From the IMG/VR virus record IMGVR_UViG_3300032236_001771, positions 100,077-135,187 of that record: a stretch of DNA of 35,111 nt. One strand, 5' to 3'. The translations under genes and the position numbers were made by a program. This document shows positions 17,219-26,016 of this stretch, one piece after another. Under the pieces are notes generated by a model, which worked only from the letters and a program-made list of their open reading frames with translations, ran no database searches and was not told the DNA's origin. Source of the stretch: a virus. Each line of letters begins with the position of its first letter. Within the stretch, counting starts at the first letter, position 1.

Positions 17219-19236
17219 TGTTATTAACAGGAACTAATCCAGAAAAAAATTATTGGATGGGTGCTGATGGCTTTACTTGGTGGACAGGTCAGGTTCAAGG
17301 AGATGGTGCCAAAAAATTAAACAAAGATGGCACAACATCTTCATATAAAGATGAAAAAGCATCCAATAGAGTAAAGGTTAGAATTATTGGTTATCATACA
17401 TCTAAGCATGATGAATTACCAGTAGAGGATTTGCCTTGGGCTCAAGTAATGCTTCCAGCTACAGCAGCACAATCTAGTGGTTTTGGAACAATTCATCAAC
17501 TTGCTTTAGGTAGTTGGGTTATTGGATTTTTCTTTGATGGCTTAAATTGTCAACAACCAATTGTTATGGGTGTAATTGGTGATATCTATACTGGAGAACA
17601 AAATAAAATATCACCTGGAAAAGTATTAACAGATAATCCAAATTTACCTGGATTTAATAATGTATTGCATCCATTATATGATAAAAAACTTGATGGTAGT
17701 GGTATTGGTTCTGGTATTCCTGCTGGAGCAAATCCTGCAGGAACTGGTAGTTCTGGATCTGGTGGATCTGGAGCGTATTGTTTAGCTGATTATGGTCAAC
17801 AACAAAATGAACAAACTAAAGTTTCTATTGCTAATGGAAAATGTGGAACTGATACTGCTGATAAGTTAGATCAAACTTTAGGTGATATGTTTAAATTTTT
17901 ATCTACTGTAAAAAAAATTGATGAATTATATATTAACAAATATACTGGACAAGTTATAGATTTTCTTGGAAAAATTCAAGGATTTATTGGTAGAATACAA
18001 AATATTGTTGGTGATATTTTAGGTTCAATTAAAACATTAATTACTAAGAAAATTAAAAAAATAGTTAGAAATCTTCTTAATTCTATTTTAAATCCATTAG
18101 AAATTTCTTTATTACCTGCTAAAGAATTATCATCAAAATTATTAAATTTATTAATTTGTTTGCTTGATAATATTTTAGATAGTTTAGAATCATTTATTGA
18201 AAATCTTATTATAGGTTTAGTTGAAAATGTAGTTAATGCTGCATTTTGTTTGGTACAATCTGCTATTAATTCAATTTTAAGTGCTGTAAGCTCTGCTATT
18301 TCTGGTGGTCTTCAAGCAATTCAAGGAATTGTTTCTTTAATTGCTCAAGGTGGAAGTTTAATTTCCAATTTAGCTTCTTCTATTGAAACATTTCTTGCTA
18401 CACTTTGTTCCGGGTTTAATTGTAATATTGATGTATCAAGATATGATATGAAAACTGGAGTAATGGAACCAAGAAATTTATTTGGTTCTAATGATGCAAT
18501 TATTAATACTGATTTTCTTAATATAAATGGACCACAAATTTTTGATGCAGATGGTAATTTAGTTACGGGTTCATTAAATTGTAGTCAAGATAATCTTGGA
18601 ATATTCCCATGTATTCCTCAAATTGCATTACTTGGATTAAATGGTGATGCTGGAATTCCAAAAATTATTCCCATTATTGATAATTTAGGTAGAATGATTT
18701 CAACACTTATTCAAGATCCTGGTAATAATATTACAACAAATCCAACTGCTATTGTTACTAGTTGTAATGGATATGGTTCTGGAGCTGAAGTGTCTGTTGT
18801 TGTAAATAATGGAATGGTTACTGATGTAATTATTAATAATCAAGGTAATGGATATCCTAATTTCCAAAATAATGTTGCTAATATTGATTTAACTAAAGCA
18901 ATTCCTGCTGATAGTTCAAAGTATACTGGAGTAATTATTGGATTTACTGTAACAAATCCTGGTTCTGGTTATGATGACACTACTAAGATATTAGTAGATG
19001 GATATGATTGTGCTGTTCCAAATGTTACGGATGGTTATATTACAAGTGTAGTAAATAATTGTAGTAATAGAATTATTACTCAGGCACCAAGTATTCAAAT
19101 TTTTGGAGTTGGTACTGGAGCTGTTATTGTTCCTATTATTAAATATGTTCCAAAAGAAGAATCATTAACGTTAGTTCAAAATTATAATGTTCCAATTGAA
19201 ATTATTGATTGTCCCGGACATCCACAAGGTAATTAA
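17218..19236 (+). CDS. gp5: Baseplate central spike gp5, N-terminal part (OB-fold), no lysozyme domain evident
   Basis: GFTWWTGQV, RVKVRIIGYHT, LPVEDLPWA, WVIGFFFDG..QQPIVMG; later GxGY beta repeats. Confidence 0.82.
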   Translation: MLLTGTNPEKNYWMGADGFTWWTGQVQGDGAKKLNKDGTTSSYKDEKASNRVKVRIIGYHTSKHDELPVEDLPWAQVMLPATAAQSSGFGTIHQLALGSWVIGFFFDGLNCQQPIVMGVIGDIYTGEQNKISPGKVLTDNPNLPGFNNVLHPLYDKKLDGSGIGSGIPAGANPAGTGSSGSGGSGAYCLADYGQQQNEQTKVSIANGKCGTDTADKLDQTLGDMFKFLSTVKKIDELYINKYTGQVIDFLGKIQGFIGRIQNIVGDILGSIKTLITKKIKKIVRNLLNSILNPLEISLLPAKELSSKLLNLLICLLDNILDSLESFIENLIIGLVENVVNAAFCLVQSAINSILSAVSSAISGGLQAIQGIVSLIAQGGSLISNLASSIETFLATLCSGFNCNIDVSRYDMKTGVMEPRNLFGSNDAIINTDFLNINGPQIFDADGNLVTGSLNCSQDNLGIFPCIPQIALLGLNGDAGIPKIIPIIDNLGRMISTLIQDPGNNITTNPTAIVTSCNGYGSGAEVSVVVNNGMVTDVIINNQGNGYPNFQNNVANIDLTKAIPADSSKYTGVIIGFTVTNPGSGYDDTTKILVDGYDCAVPNVTDGYITSVVNNCSNRIITQAPSIQIFGVGTGAVIVPIIKYVPKEESLTLVQNYNVPIEIIDCPGHPQGN

Positions 19237-19238
19237 TT

Positions 19239-20120
19239 ATGATAAATCCAGCAACACCACAAGCTTTAGATCCAATTACACAGGCTACAGCAAATAAATT
19301 AAAAGGAACTGAAGGTGGAGAATATCCAAATATATTTCCTATCCAACTTCCTGGTGGTCAATTTTATATTGATTCTACACCAGGAAAAGAATCTATTAAT
19401 ATTAGACACAATAAAAATGGTTCTTTTATAAAATTTGATACCAATGGTGATATTCATGTTCATTCATCAAGAGATTTAAAAGTTGTTAGTGAGGGAAACA
19501 CTGTTGTTAAAGTTGGACAAAGTGTAAAGAAAAATAGTCAATCAGATAAAGCAGTTGTTACAATTGTTGGTGATGCTCATTTAAAAGTTGAAAATGATTT
19601 ACATGTTGAAGTGTGGGGAAATAAATATGAAACTGTTTCTAAAAATAGTTTTTTAACGGTTAAAGGAACTTATACTGTTAATGCAACTAATATGAATGTT
19701 GGTGTGACAGGAACTTATAATGAAAATGCTCATGAAAAAGAAGTAACACATACTTTTACTAAAAATAATATTGGAGTTCCTGATGAAAGTGGAGTTGGTG
19801 GAGAACTTAGAGATGTAATTTTTGGTAATAGGGTATTTGAACTTGTAGATCCAAGAAGTACATTTTCTGTTATTTCTGCTGGTAATATTAGTTTATGTGC
19901 TGGAGTTCCTGTTCCTGTTGGTGATATAACACCAGGAACAATTTGTATGACTTCAGCAAATACTCAAACACAAACTGTTGGTACAAATTATCTACAAACT
20001 GTTGGAATTGATTCCAATATTAATGTTGGTGGTATATCAAATACTGATGTTGGTGGAGATTATAATGTTAATGTTGGTGGTATTATAGCAATGAATGCTG
20101 CTCAAATTTTCTTAAATTAA
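19239..20120 (+). CDS. gp5 C-terminal-like beta-helix spike protein
   Basis: YIDSTPGKESINIRH..GSFI.F, VxGD/VxGN beta-helix repeats, ends AQIFLN. Confidence 0.75.
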   Translation: MINPATPQALDPITQATANKLKGTEGGEYPNIFPIQLPGGQFYIDSTPGKESINIRHNKNGSFIKFDTNGDIHVHSSRDLKVVSEGNTVVKVGQSVKKNSQSDKAVVTIVGDAHLKVENDLHVEVWGNKYETVSKNSFLTVKGTYTVNATNMNVGVTGTYNENAHEKEVTHTFTKNNIGVPDESGVGGELRDVIFGNRVFELVDPRSTFSVISAGNISLCAGVPVPVGDITPGTICMTSANTQTQTVGTNYLQTVGIDSNINVGGISNTDVGGDYNVNVGGIIAMNAAQIFLN

Positions 20121-20124
20121 AACT

Positions 20125-20730
20125 ATGTCGTACTTATCATCTACACTTAGTTCAGCTATAATTTATCAGGCATTTAGTGGTACAATTTCTTTTGCTACAG
20201 AAACTGCTGCTGGAGTAGGAACTACTTTTATATCAATTACAAAAACTCCAACTAGTGCTATTGGTAGTGGAACTAGTCTTTATTATCAATCATTAAGTAT
20301 GAATGGTAATGATTTTATTAATACAGATACAATTGTTTTTGGTGCTGGAGTATCATCAATTAATTTATCCGGTACTTATACTGATGCTATGTTCGCTGAT
20401 CAAACTATTAAGTATTTTGATAATCCGACAAATGTAAAAATTACAAAGAAAAATAGAGCACCTTATTATCATTCTACTCAAACTTGGGCAAAAGTACCAA
20501 ATCCAGTAAGTTTTTTGTATAGTTTTAAACCATCTGGAAGTGCAACATTAAATATATTTAATTATAGCATTACATATTATTATCAATCAGGAACTGGATA
20601 TAGTGCATATACGGCAATTGCTACTGAAAATATACTACAACCTATTAGTTATGATATAGGATACGAGACAGCGCAGTTCTTAAATGTTCTTGCCAATCAA
20701 AGATATGTAAGTTCAGGATATACAGGATAA
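20125..20730 (+). CDS. Hypothetical virion-associated protein
   Basis: Ser/Thr/Tyr-rich ORF between the spike and PAAR genes. Confidence 0.6.
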   Translation: MSYLSSTLSSAIIYQAFSGTISFATETAAGVGTTFISITKTPTSAIGSGTSLYYQSLSMNGNDFINTDTIVFGAGVSSINLSGTYTDAMFADQTIKYFDNPTNVKITKKNRAPYYHSTQTWAKVPNPVSFLYSFKPSGSATLNIFNYSITYYYQSGTGYSAYTAIATENILQPISYDIGYETAQFLNVLANQRYVSSGYTG

Positions 20731-20735
20731 AAATT

Positions 20736-21029
20736 ATGTCAGCAGCAGCAAGACTTGGAGATTTTACTACTGGAGAACCACCATGTTTTCCAGCAACACC
20801 AATTGAAACTAATTGTTCGCCTGATGTGTTAATTAATGGTATTGCAGCAGCGTTAATTGGTTCTGGACTTCCTCCACATACTTGTGATAAAACAACTCAT
20901 TCTGGAAGAGTTGTTGTAAGTGGAAGTTCTACTGTAATTATTAATGGTAGAGCAGCAGCTAGAATTGGGGATAAAATTAATTGTGGTGATACTATTGCTG
21001 AAGGAAGTCCTGATGTAATTATTGGATAA
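20736..21029 (+). CDS. PAAR spike-tip protein (gp5.4-like)
   Basis: AAARLGD, INGIAAALIG, INGRAAARIGD, CGDTIAEGSPDVIIG. Confidence 0.92.
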   Translation: MSAAARLGDFTTGEPPCFPATPIETNCSPDVLINGIAAALIGSGLPPHTCDKTTHSGRVVVSGSSTVIINGRAAARIGDKINCGDTIAEGSPDVIIG

Positions 21030-21060
21030 ATAACTTAAGTTATTTTGCTGGTATGGGGAA

Positions 21061-21387
21061 TTGGGTAAGCATTACTTATTAAATCTTTATGGTTGTTCTT
21101 TTGTACTTTTAGATGATTATCAATATCTTATAAAATTACTTGAAAGTGCAGCAATAGCAAGTGGTGCAACAGTAGTTCAAACAATTTATAAAAAATTTGA
21201 TCCACAAGGAGTTACAGTATTGTGTTTATTAGCAGAAAGCCACATCAGTTTGCATAGCTGGCCTGAAAAAGGAACTGCAGCTTGTGATGTGTATTGTTGT
21301 GGTGATGCTGATCCTAAAATTGGTTGTGATCTTTTAATAAAAGAATTAAATGCAACAGAGCATAAGCTTACCTATATTGAAAGATGA
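21061..21387 (+). CDS. speD: Pyruvoyl-dependent S-adenosylmethionine decarboxylase proenzyme (class 1b family)
   Basis: GKHYLLNLYGC, F.PQGVT, LAESH self-cleavage site, HSWPE..AACDVYCCG; TTG start; GATAAATA late-type promoter at 21025-21032. Confidence 0.88.
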   Translation: MGKHYLLNLYGCSFVLLDDYQYLIKLLESAAIASGATVVQTIYKKFDPQGVTVLCLLAESHISLHSWPEKGTAACDVYCCGDADPKIGCDLLIKELNATEHKLTYIER

Positions 21388-21665
21388 GATTAAAAGTAAC
21401 GTCAGACTACAGATTTTTATTTGAAGAGGGTATAGTCAAGATATATTATTTACATGGTATGCCTTTTGCATGGGATAGACTGACAGTAAGTGAAGAAAAT
21501 GAATTAGACCGCTTTACAATATACGAAAAAGGTGATACAATATATGCAGAACAACTTTTAAGGAACTCTGCTTATCTTATACATGAAGAATTACATCCTT
21601 TATTATTTGATATAGAATTAGATCCTGAAAGTGAATTACCAGATGCAATAAGTAAAGAAGAATAA
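21384..21665 (+). CDS. Hypothetical protein following speD
   Basis: ATGA overlap with speD; acidic protein with YYLHGMPF and EELHPLLF segments. Confidence 0.7.
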   Translation: MRLKVTSDYRFLFEEGIVKIYYLHGMPFAWDRLTVSEENELDRFTIYEKGDTIYAEQLLRNSAYLIHEELHPLLFDIELDPESELPDAISKEE

Positions 21666-21666
21666 T

Positions 21667-21689
21667 GCCGGAGTAGCTCAGTGATAGAG
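21667..21689 (+). pseudogene. 5' fragment of a tRNA gene
   Basis: GCCGGAG-TA-GCTC-AGTGATA-GAG reads as acceptor 5' strand plus D-arm; no anticodon arm, T-arm or 3' acceptor strand follows. Confidence 0.55.
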
Positions 21690-21723
21690 AAAGAACGAGC
21701 AAAAAAAGATTATCACCATTCTC

Positions 21724-21752
21724 TTGACAAATAGTTTTTATTTTGTTATAAT
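21724..21752 (+). promoter_or_regulatory. Consensus sigma70 promoter for tRNA-Thr
   Basis: TTGACA (21724-21729), 17 nt spacer, TGtTATAAT (-10 at 21747-21752). Confidence 0.85.
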
Positions 21753-21761
21753 ATATTTACT

Positions 21762-21835
21762 GCCCCCATAGTTATAGCAGTTAAAATAATCGCCTTGTAA
21801 GCGATAGTCGCGGGTGCAAATCCTCGCTGGGGGCT
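21762..21835 (+). tRNA. tRNA-Thr(UGU), atypical D- and T-arms, CCA not encoded
   Basis: Acceptor GCCCCCA/TGGGGGC; anticodon stem ATCGC/GCGAT with loop CT-TGT-AA; T-arm GCGGG-TGCAAAT-CC(T)CGC. Confidence 0.8.
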
Positions 21836-21863
21836 TTACTAAAACTCTTTTTTATGTTATAAT
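21835..21863 (+). promoter_or_regulatory. Sigma70 promoter for the candidate sRNA
   Basis: TTTACT (21835-21840), 17 nt spacer, TGtTATAAT (-10 at 21858-21863). Confidence 0.7.
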
Positions 21864-21869
21864 ACATAA

Positions 21870-21940
21870 GACGATACTGTTCGTCAGTGACCCAAAGTTC
21901 GTGTGAAATATACCTCAGGCAGATTACTGTCTGGGGTTTT
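21870..21940 (+). ncRNA. Candidate small RNA (hairpin, single-stranded core, terminator)
   Basis: Begins about 7 nt after the -10; 5' stem GACGA/TCGTC; 3' 11-bp stem plus T run; no ATG inside. Confidence 0.55.
21912..21940 (+). terminator. Rho-independent terminator
   Basis: ACCTCAGGCAG-ATTA-CTGTCTGGGGT-TTT, 11 bp with two G-U pairs. Confidence 0.8.
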
Positions 21941-21942
21941 AT

Positions 21943-21950
21943 TATAAATA
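21943..21950 (+). promoter_or_regulatory. T4 late promoter
   Basis: Exact TATAAATA upstream of the 22007 gene. Confidence 0.75.
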
Positions 21951-22006
21951 TCAGTACCCGGCAAAATGGATTTTTATATCCTAAGATCCTTACTACTGAA
22001 TAACTA

Positions 22007-25000
22007 ATGGCTCTTACTAGAATTACCAATTTAATTACATCTACAACTGGTAGAGTGTTATATGTAAATCCAGATGATTTTGAAGCAACAGATATAATTA
22101 GTAATAGAGGTAATTCTCCATTAAGACCATTTAAGACAATACAAAGAGCATTAATTGAAGTTGCTAAATTTAGTTATGTTCCTGGAGATGGAGGTCAAAA
22201 TGATAAATTTGACCAGTTTACCATTATGTTATATCCAGGTAATCATATTATTGATAATAGACCTGGAAGTGCAACAGCATCTATATCAGCGTTAACTGAT
22301 AATTCATTATATGATATACAAAATTCAAATAATGTATTATATCAATTTAATAGTGTTCGTGGTGGAGTAATTGTACCAAGAGGTGCTTCTATTGTTGGAA
22401 TGGATTTAAGGAAAACAAAAATTATTCCTAAATTCATTCCAGATCCAACGGCAACAAATAATGGAACTATTCAATCTGATTATCCAACAACTGGTATATT
22501 TAATACCAGTGGAGATCAAGCAACTAGATTATTAACAGCAATTGATGATGATACTAGAAGTGCTATTTTTAGAATTACTGGAGCTTGTTATTTTTGGCAA
22601 TTTAGTATTTTTGATGGTGATGCTACAATTTATACTGGAGCACCAAATTCCTCAGCACAATTAACAGCATTATCTGGAAATGATGCATTATTCAGTCGCC
22701 ATAAATTAACAGTATTTGAATATGCTTGTGTTGCTGATTTAACTTTATATTATCAAAAATTATCTAATGCATTAAGTATTCCAATTACAGATGCATTAGG
22801 ACAAAGATCAGAAGAAACCAGAATAGTTGGTCCTGGAGGAATTCAATCTGATATTATAAGATTATCATCAATTACATATAATACTAATATTGCTACAGCT
22901 ACAACAGTTCAAAGTAATGGTACTACTCCATTAGCACATGGATTTTCAATTGGCAATCAAGTCAATGTAAGTAATGCAACAAGTCCTCTTTATAATGGTA
23001 GTTTTAGAATTGTATCTCTTTCTAGTTCTGCTGGAACTGGTACTACAATTGATCAATTTAGTTATCAAATGGCAGGAATTCCTAGTTCCAATGCAGTTGC
23101 AAATACTAACACTGTTCTTAATTGTACATTAGAAACAGATACTGTTGATTCTGCATCACCATATGTTTTTAATATTTCGCTTAGATCCACATATGGTATG
23201 TGTGGACTTCATGCAAATGGAGCTTTTGCTAGCGGATTCAAGAGCATGGTTGTTGCTCAGTATACTGGTATATCATTACAAAAAGATGATAGAGCTTATG
23301 TAAGATATTGTAATGGTAGTTATATTTTGGGAACAGGAACAAGTTGTAATGGTGCCACATATAATTATCTAGCACATCAAGATATTAATTCCAAATACAG
23401 AAAAAATTGGAATCATTATCATATGAAAGTATCAAATAATGGATACGCTCAATTAGTTTCTACTTTTGCAATTGGATATTCAGTACAATTCCTTGTAGAA
23501 TCTGGTGGAGATATGTCTATCACCAATTCAAACTCTAGTTTTGGTGCAAATTCTTTAATATCTAAAGGATTTAAAGGTACAACATTTACTAAAGATTCAT
23601 TTGGAATAATTACAGATGTTATTCCTCCAAAATCTTTATCTAATATTAGTATACAAAATATATCATATCTTCCTTTGGATTTGGGACTCATTCGTTCGGT
23701 AAATGATAATAGTAAATTGTATCTTTATGGATACAATAATTTACAATTACCTCCATCAACACAGATATTAAATTATTTTATTGGTGGTAAAACTAATGAT
23801 ACTATTTCTGTTGATTTTGTTGGAAATAATAATACTATTATTACAAAATCAGACACTATCTATCCAAATGGACCTTCAGTAAAAACTGCAACTATTAATA
23901 CTGTTTCTAGTCCATTAAAATGGGATAGTACAAATAGTAATTGGTATTTAAATGTCAGTAGTACAAACATTGGTTCTTATATTGTATCTGGTTCTACTGG
24001 ACCATCACCAATTGCATATATTCAAAGAAAGCCTGATAATAGGACATTAAATGATAAAATTTATCGTTTAAGATTGTTTATTCCAAATACTAGTGTAAAT
24101 GCAGGGCCTCCACAAAAAGGATTTGTTATTCAACCATATAATTCTGGAATAGGATTAGCTTCTGCATATACAAATGTATTTTATATTTTTGATATAGAAA
24201 CATATCAAGCATTTGTTCCCAATTCTAAAGATGGAATTTATTATCTAACAGTTTTAATTGGTGATATTCAAGTAAATAATTCATATTTTGATAATAAAAA
24301 GTTTGGTCAAAATATTAATAATCTTTATCCAGCAACAGATATTGATAATTTAGTTGATGATCCAACTGCAACAGTAAGCACTGCAGATATTCAACAAATT
24401 GGATTAGTTAATGTAGATGATTCATCTAGAAGTATTACTAGAGAATCAATTAATTTGTGGAAAACAAATTCTAGTATTTCAATTTCAACTAATGCAAATA
24501 TTGGGGATACAGAAACAAGAAAAATTTCAGTTGGAGCTGGTATTTCTGTAGAATTAAGAAGACCTTCTATTCTTCGTGCTGGTAACCAAACATTTGAATA
24601 TACTGGATATGGTCCAGGAAATTATTCAACTGCTTTCCCATCAAGACAAACTAGAATTTTAACTGCCAGTGAAACTTTGTATTCTCAATCGTTACAAGAG
24701 TCTGGTGGTGTTTCGTTCTATTCTGGATTGAATTCAAATGGAAATCTTTATATTGGAAATATTGTAATTGATCCAGTTACAGGAACAAGTACAACAGTAA
24801 ATAATCCTACTACATCACAAGATGGTGGAAATACTGCAATCTTTACTGGGGTAACAATTAAAAATACATTAAATGTAATTGGTGGTCCAAATAATAATGC
24901 AACAAGCATTTTTTCAGGACCAATTTTAGTTAATAATAAACTTGGTCTTTCTGGAAATCTTGAAATAAATTCAAATTATTCATCAACTTCTCCATTTACT

Positions 25001-25981
25001 GGAGTAAGATTTAATGCTGTTGTTGCAAATTCACCAACTGTAATTCCAGTTTTTGATGTAAAAGTAAATAATTCTAGTAGATTTAAAGTTAATAGTGATG
25101 GTGGTATTGTTATTAATGGTCCACTTACTGGAACTGGTATTTCTACAGCAGTAACAACTGGTTCTAGAAATGGATTAAGTGTACAAACTGGTTCTAATGG
25201 TTCTGGATTATCATATGATCCTAATAGTGGAATATTTACTTATGGTTTACCTTCATTACAGCAGGTAACAGATTCAGGTTCAAGTACAAATAGAGCAATT
25301 ATTATACAAAATACTACATCATCTAATAGTACTGATAGTGGAGCATTAAGAGTTCTTGGTGGTATAGGTATTGGTGGTGCATTATATGCTGGTGGAGATA
25401 TTGTTGGGGCTTCGGTATCTTCTGCTGGTGCTATTTCTGGTAGTTCATTAAGTGTTGGCTCTGGTGCTATTACTGGTGGTTCATTGAATGTTAGTTTGGG
25501 TGCTATTACTGGTGGAACTATTACTGGAACAACATTTGTTGGTAATGGAACTATTCCAGTTGGTGGAATTATTATGTGGTCTGGAAGTATTTCTTCTGTT
25601 CCTACTGGATGGGCATTATGTAATGGATCAAATGGCACACCAGATTTAAGAGATAGATTTATTGTTGGTGCTGGTAATTCTTATAATCCAGGAAATACTG
25701 GTGGTGCTAATAATGTTACTTTAGACCTTACTCAAATTCCATCACATACGCACCCTGTTACTGACCCTGGACATACACATCTTACTGCTAATACAAGTGT
25801 TGCTATTAATAATGGGGGTGGTTATGGTGCAGGAAGTGGAAGTGGTCTTGGTCCAATTGGTAATACTACAATAACTGCATCTGCATTCACTGGTATTGGT
25901 GTAGGTAATACTGGTGGAGGACAGGCACATGAAAACAGACCACCATATTATGCCCTTGCTTTTATTATGAGGACTGTATGA
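22007..25981 (+). CDS. Large tail-fibre-like protein with beta-helix region and C-terminal tail-collar domain
   Basis: LYVNPDDFEATD..GNSPLRPFKTIQRAL N-terminus of cyanophage fibre-like proteins; PVGGIIMWSG..WALCNG..TPDLRDRFIVGAG...HENRPPYYALAFIM collar. Confidence 0.8.
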   Translation: MALTRITNLITSTTGRVLYVNPDDFEATDIISNRGNSPLRPFKTIQRALIEVAKFSYVPGDGGQNDKFDQFTIMLYPGNHIIDNRPGSATASISALTDNSLYDIQNSNNVLYQFNSVRGGVIVPRGASIVGMDLRKTKIIPKFIPDPTATNNGTIQSDYPTTGIFNTSGDQATRLLTAIDDDTRSAIFRITGACYFWQFSIFDGDATIYTGAPNSSAQLTALSGNDALFSRHKLTVFEYACVADLTLYYQKLSNALSIPITDALGQRSEETRIVGPGGIQSDIIRLSSITYNTNIATATTVQSNGTTPLAHGFSIGNQVNVSNATSPLYNGSFRIVSLSSSAGTGTTIDQFSYQMAGIPSSNAVANTNTVLNCTLETDTVDSASPYVFNISLRSTYGMCGLHANGAFASGFKSMVVAQYTGISLQKDDRAYVRYCNGSYILGTGTSCNGATYNYLAHQDINSKYRKNWNHYHMKVSNNGYAQLVSTFAIGYSVQFLVESGGDMSITNSNSSFGANSLISKGFKGTTFTKDSFGIITDVIPPKSLSNISIQNISYLPLDLGLIRSVNDNSKLYLYGYNNLQLPPSTQILNYFIGGKTNDTISVDFVGNNNTIITKSDTIYPNGPSVKTATINTVSSPLKWDSTNSNWYLNVSSTNIGSYIVSGSTGPSPIAYIQRKPDNRTLNDKIYRLRLFIPNTSVNAGPPQKGFVIQPYNSGIGLASAYTNVFYIFDIETYQAFVPNSKDGIYYLTVLIGDIQVNNSYFDNKKFGQNINNLYPATDIDNLVDDPTATVSTADIQQIGLVNVDDSSRSITRESINLWKTNSSISISTNANIGDTETRKISVGAGISVELRRPSILRAGNQTFEYTGYGPGNYSTAFPSRQTRILTASETLYSQSLQESGGVSFYSGLNSNGNLYIGNIVIDPVTGTSTTVNNPTTSQDGGNTAIFTGVTIKNTLNVIGGPNNNATSIFSGPILVNNKLGLSGNLEINSNYSSTSPFTGVRFNAVVANSPTVIPVFDVKVNNSSRFKVNSDGGIVINGPLTGTGISTAVTTGSRNGLSVQTGSNGSGLSYDPNSGIFTYGLPSLQQVTDSGSSTNRAIIIQNTTSSNSTDSGALRVLGGIGIGGALYAGGDIVGASVSSAGAISGSSLSVGSGAITGGSLNVSLGAITGGTITGTTFVGNGTIPVGGIIMWSGSISSVPTGWALCNGSNGTPDLRDRFIVGAGNSYNPGNTGGANNVTLDLTQIPSHTHPVTDPGHTHLTANTSVAINNGGGYGAGSGSGLGPIGNTTITASAFTGIGVGNTGGGQAHENRPPYYALAFIMRTV

Positions 25982-25983
25982 GT

Positions 25984-25991
25984 TCTAAATA
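25984..25991 (+). promoter_or_regulatory. T4-type late promoter
   Basis: TCTAAATA in the gap before 26017. Confidence 0.55.
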
Positions 25992-26016
25992 TTTAAAAAA
26001 AGATACGAGTAAGTAA

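Noticed and set aside
21781-22029. 82-aa minus-strand ORF
   Set aside because: Overlaps the tRNA, promoters and terminator on the opposite strand; better explained by the non-coding features
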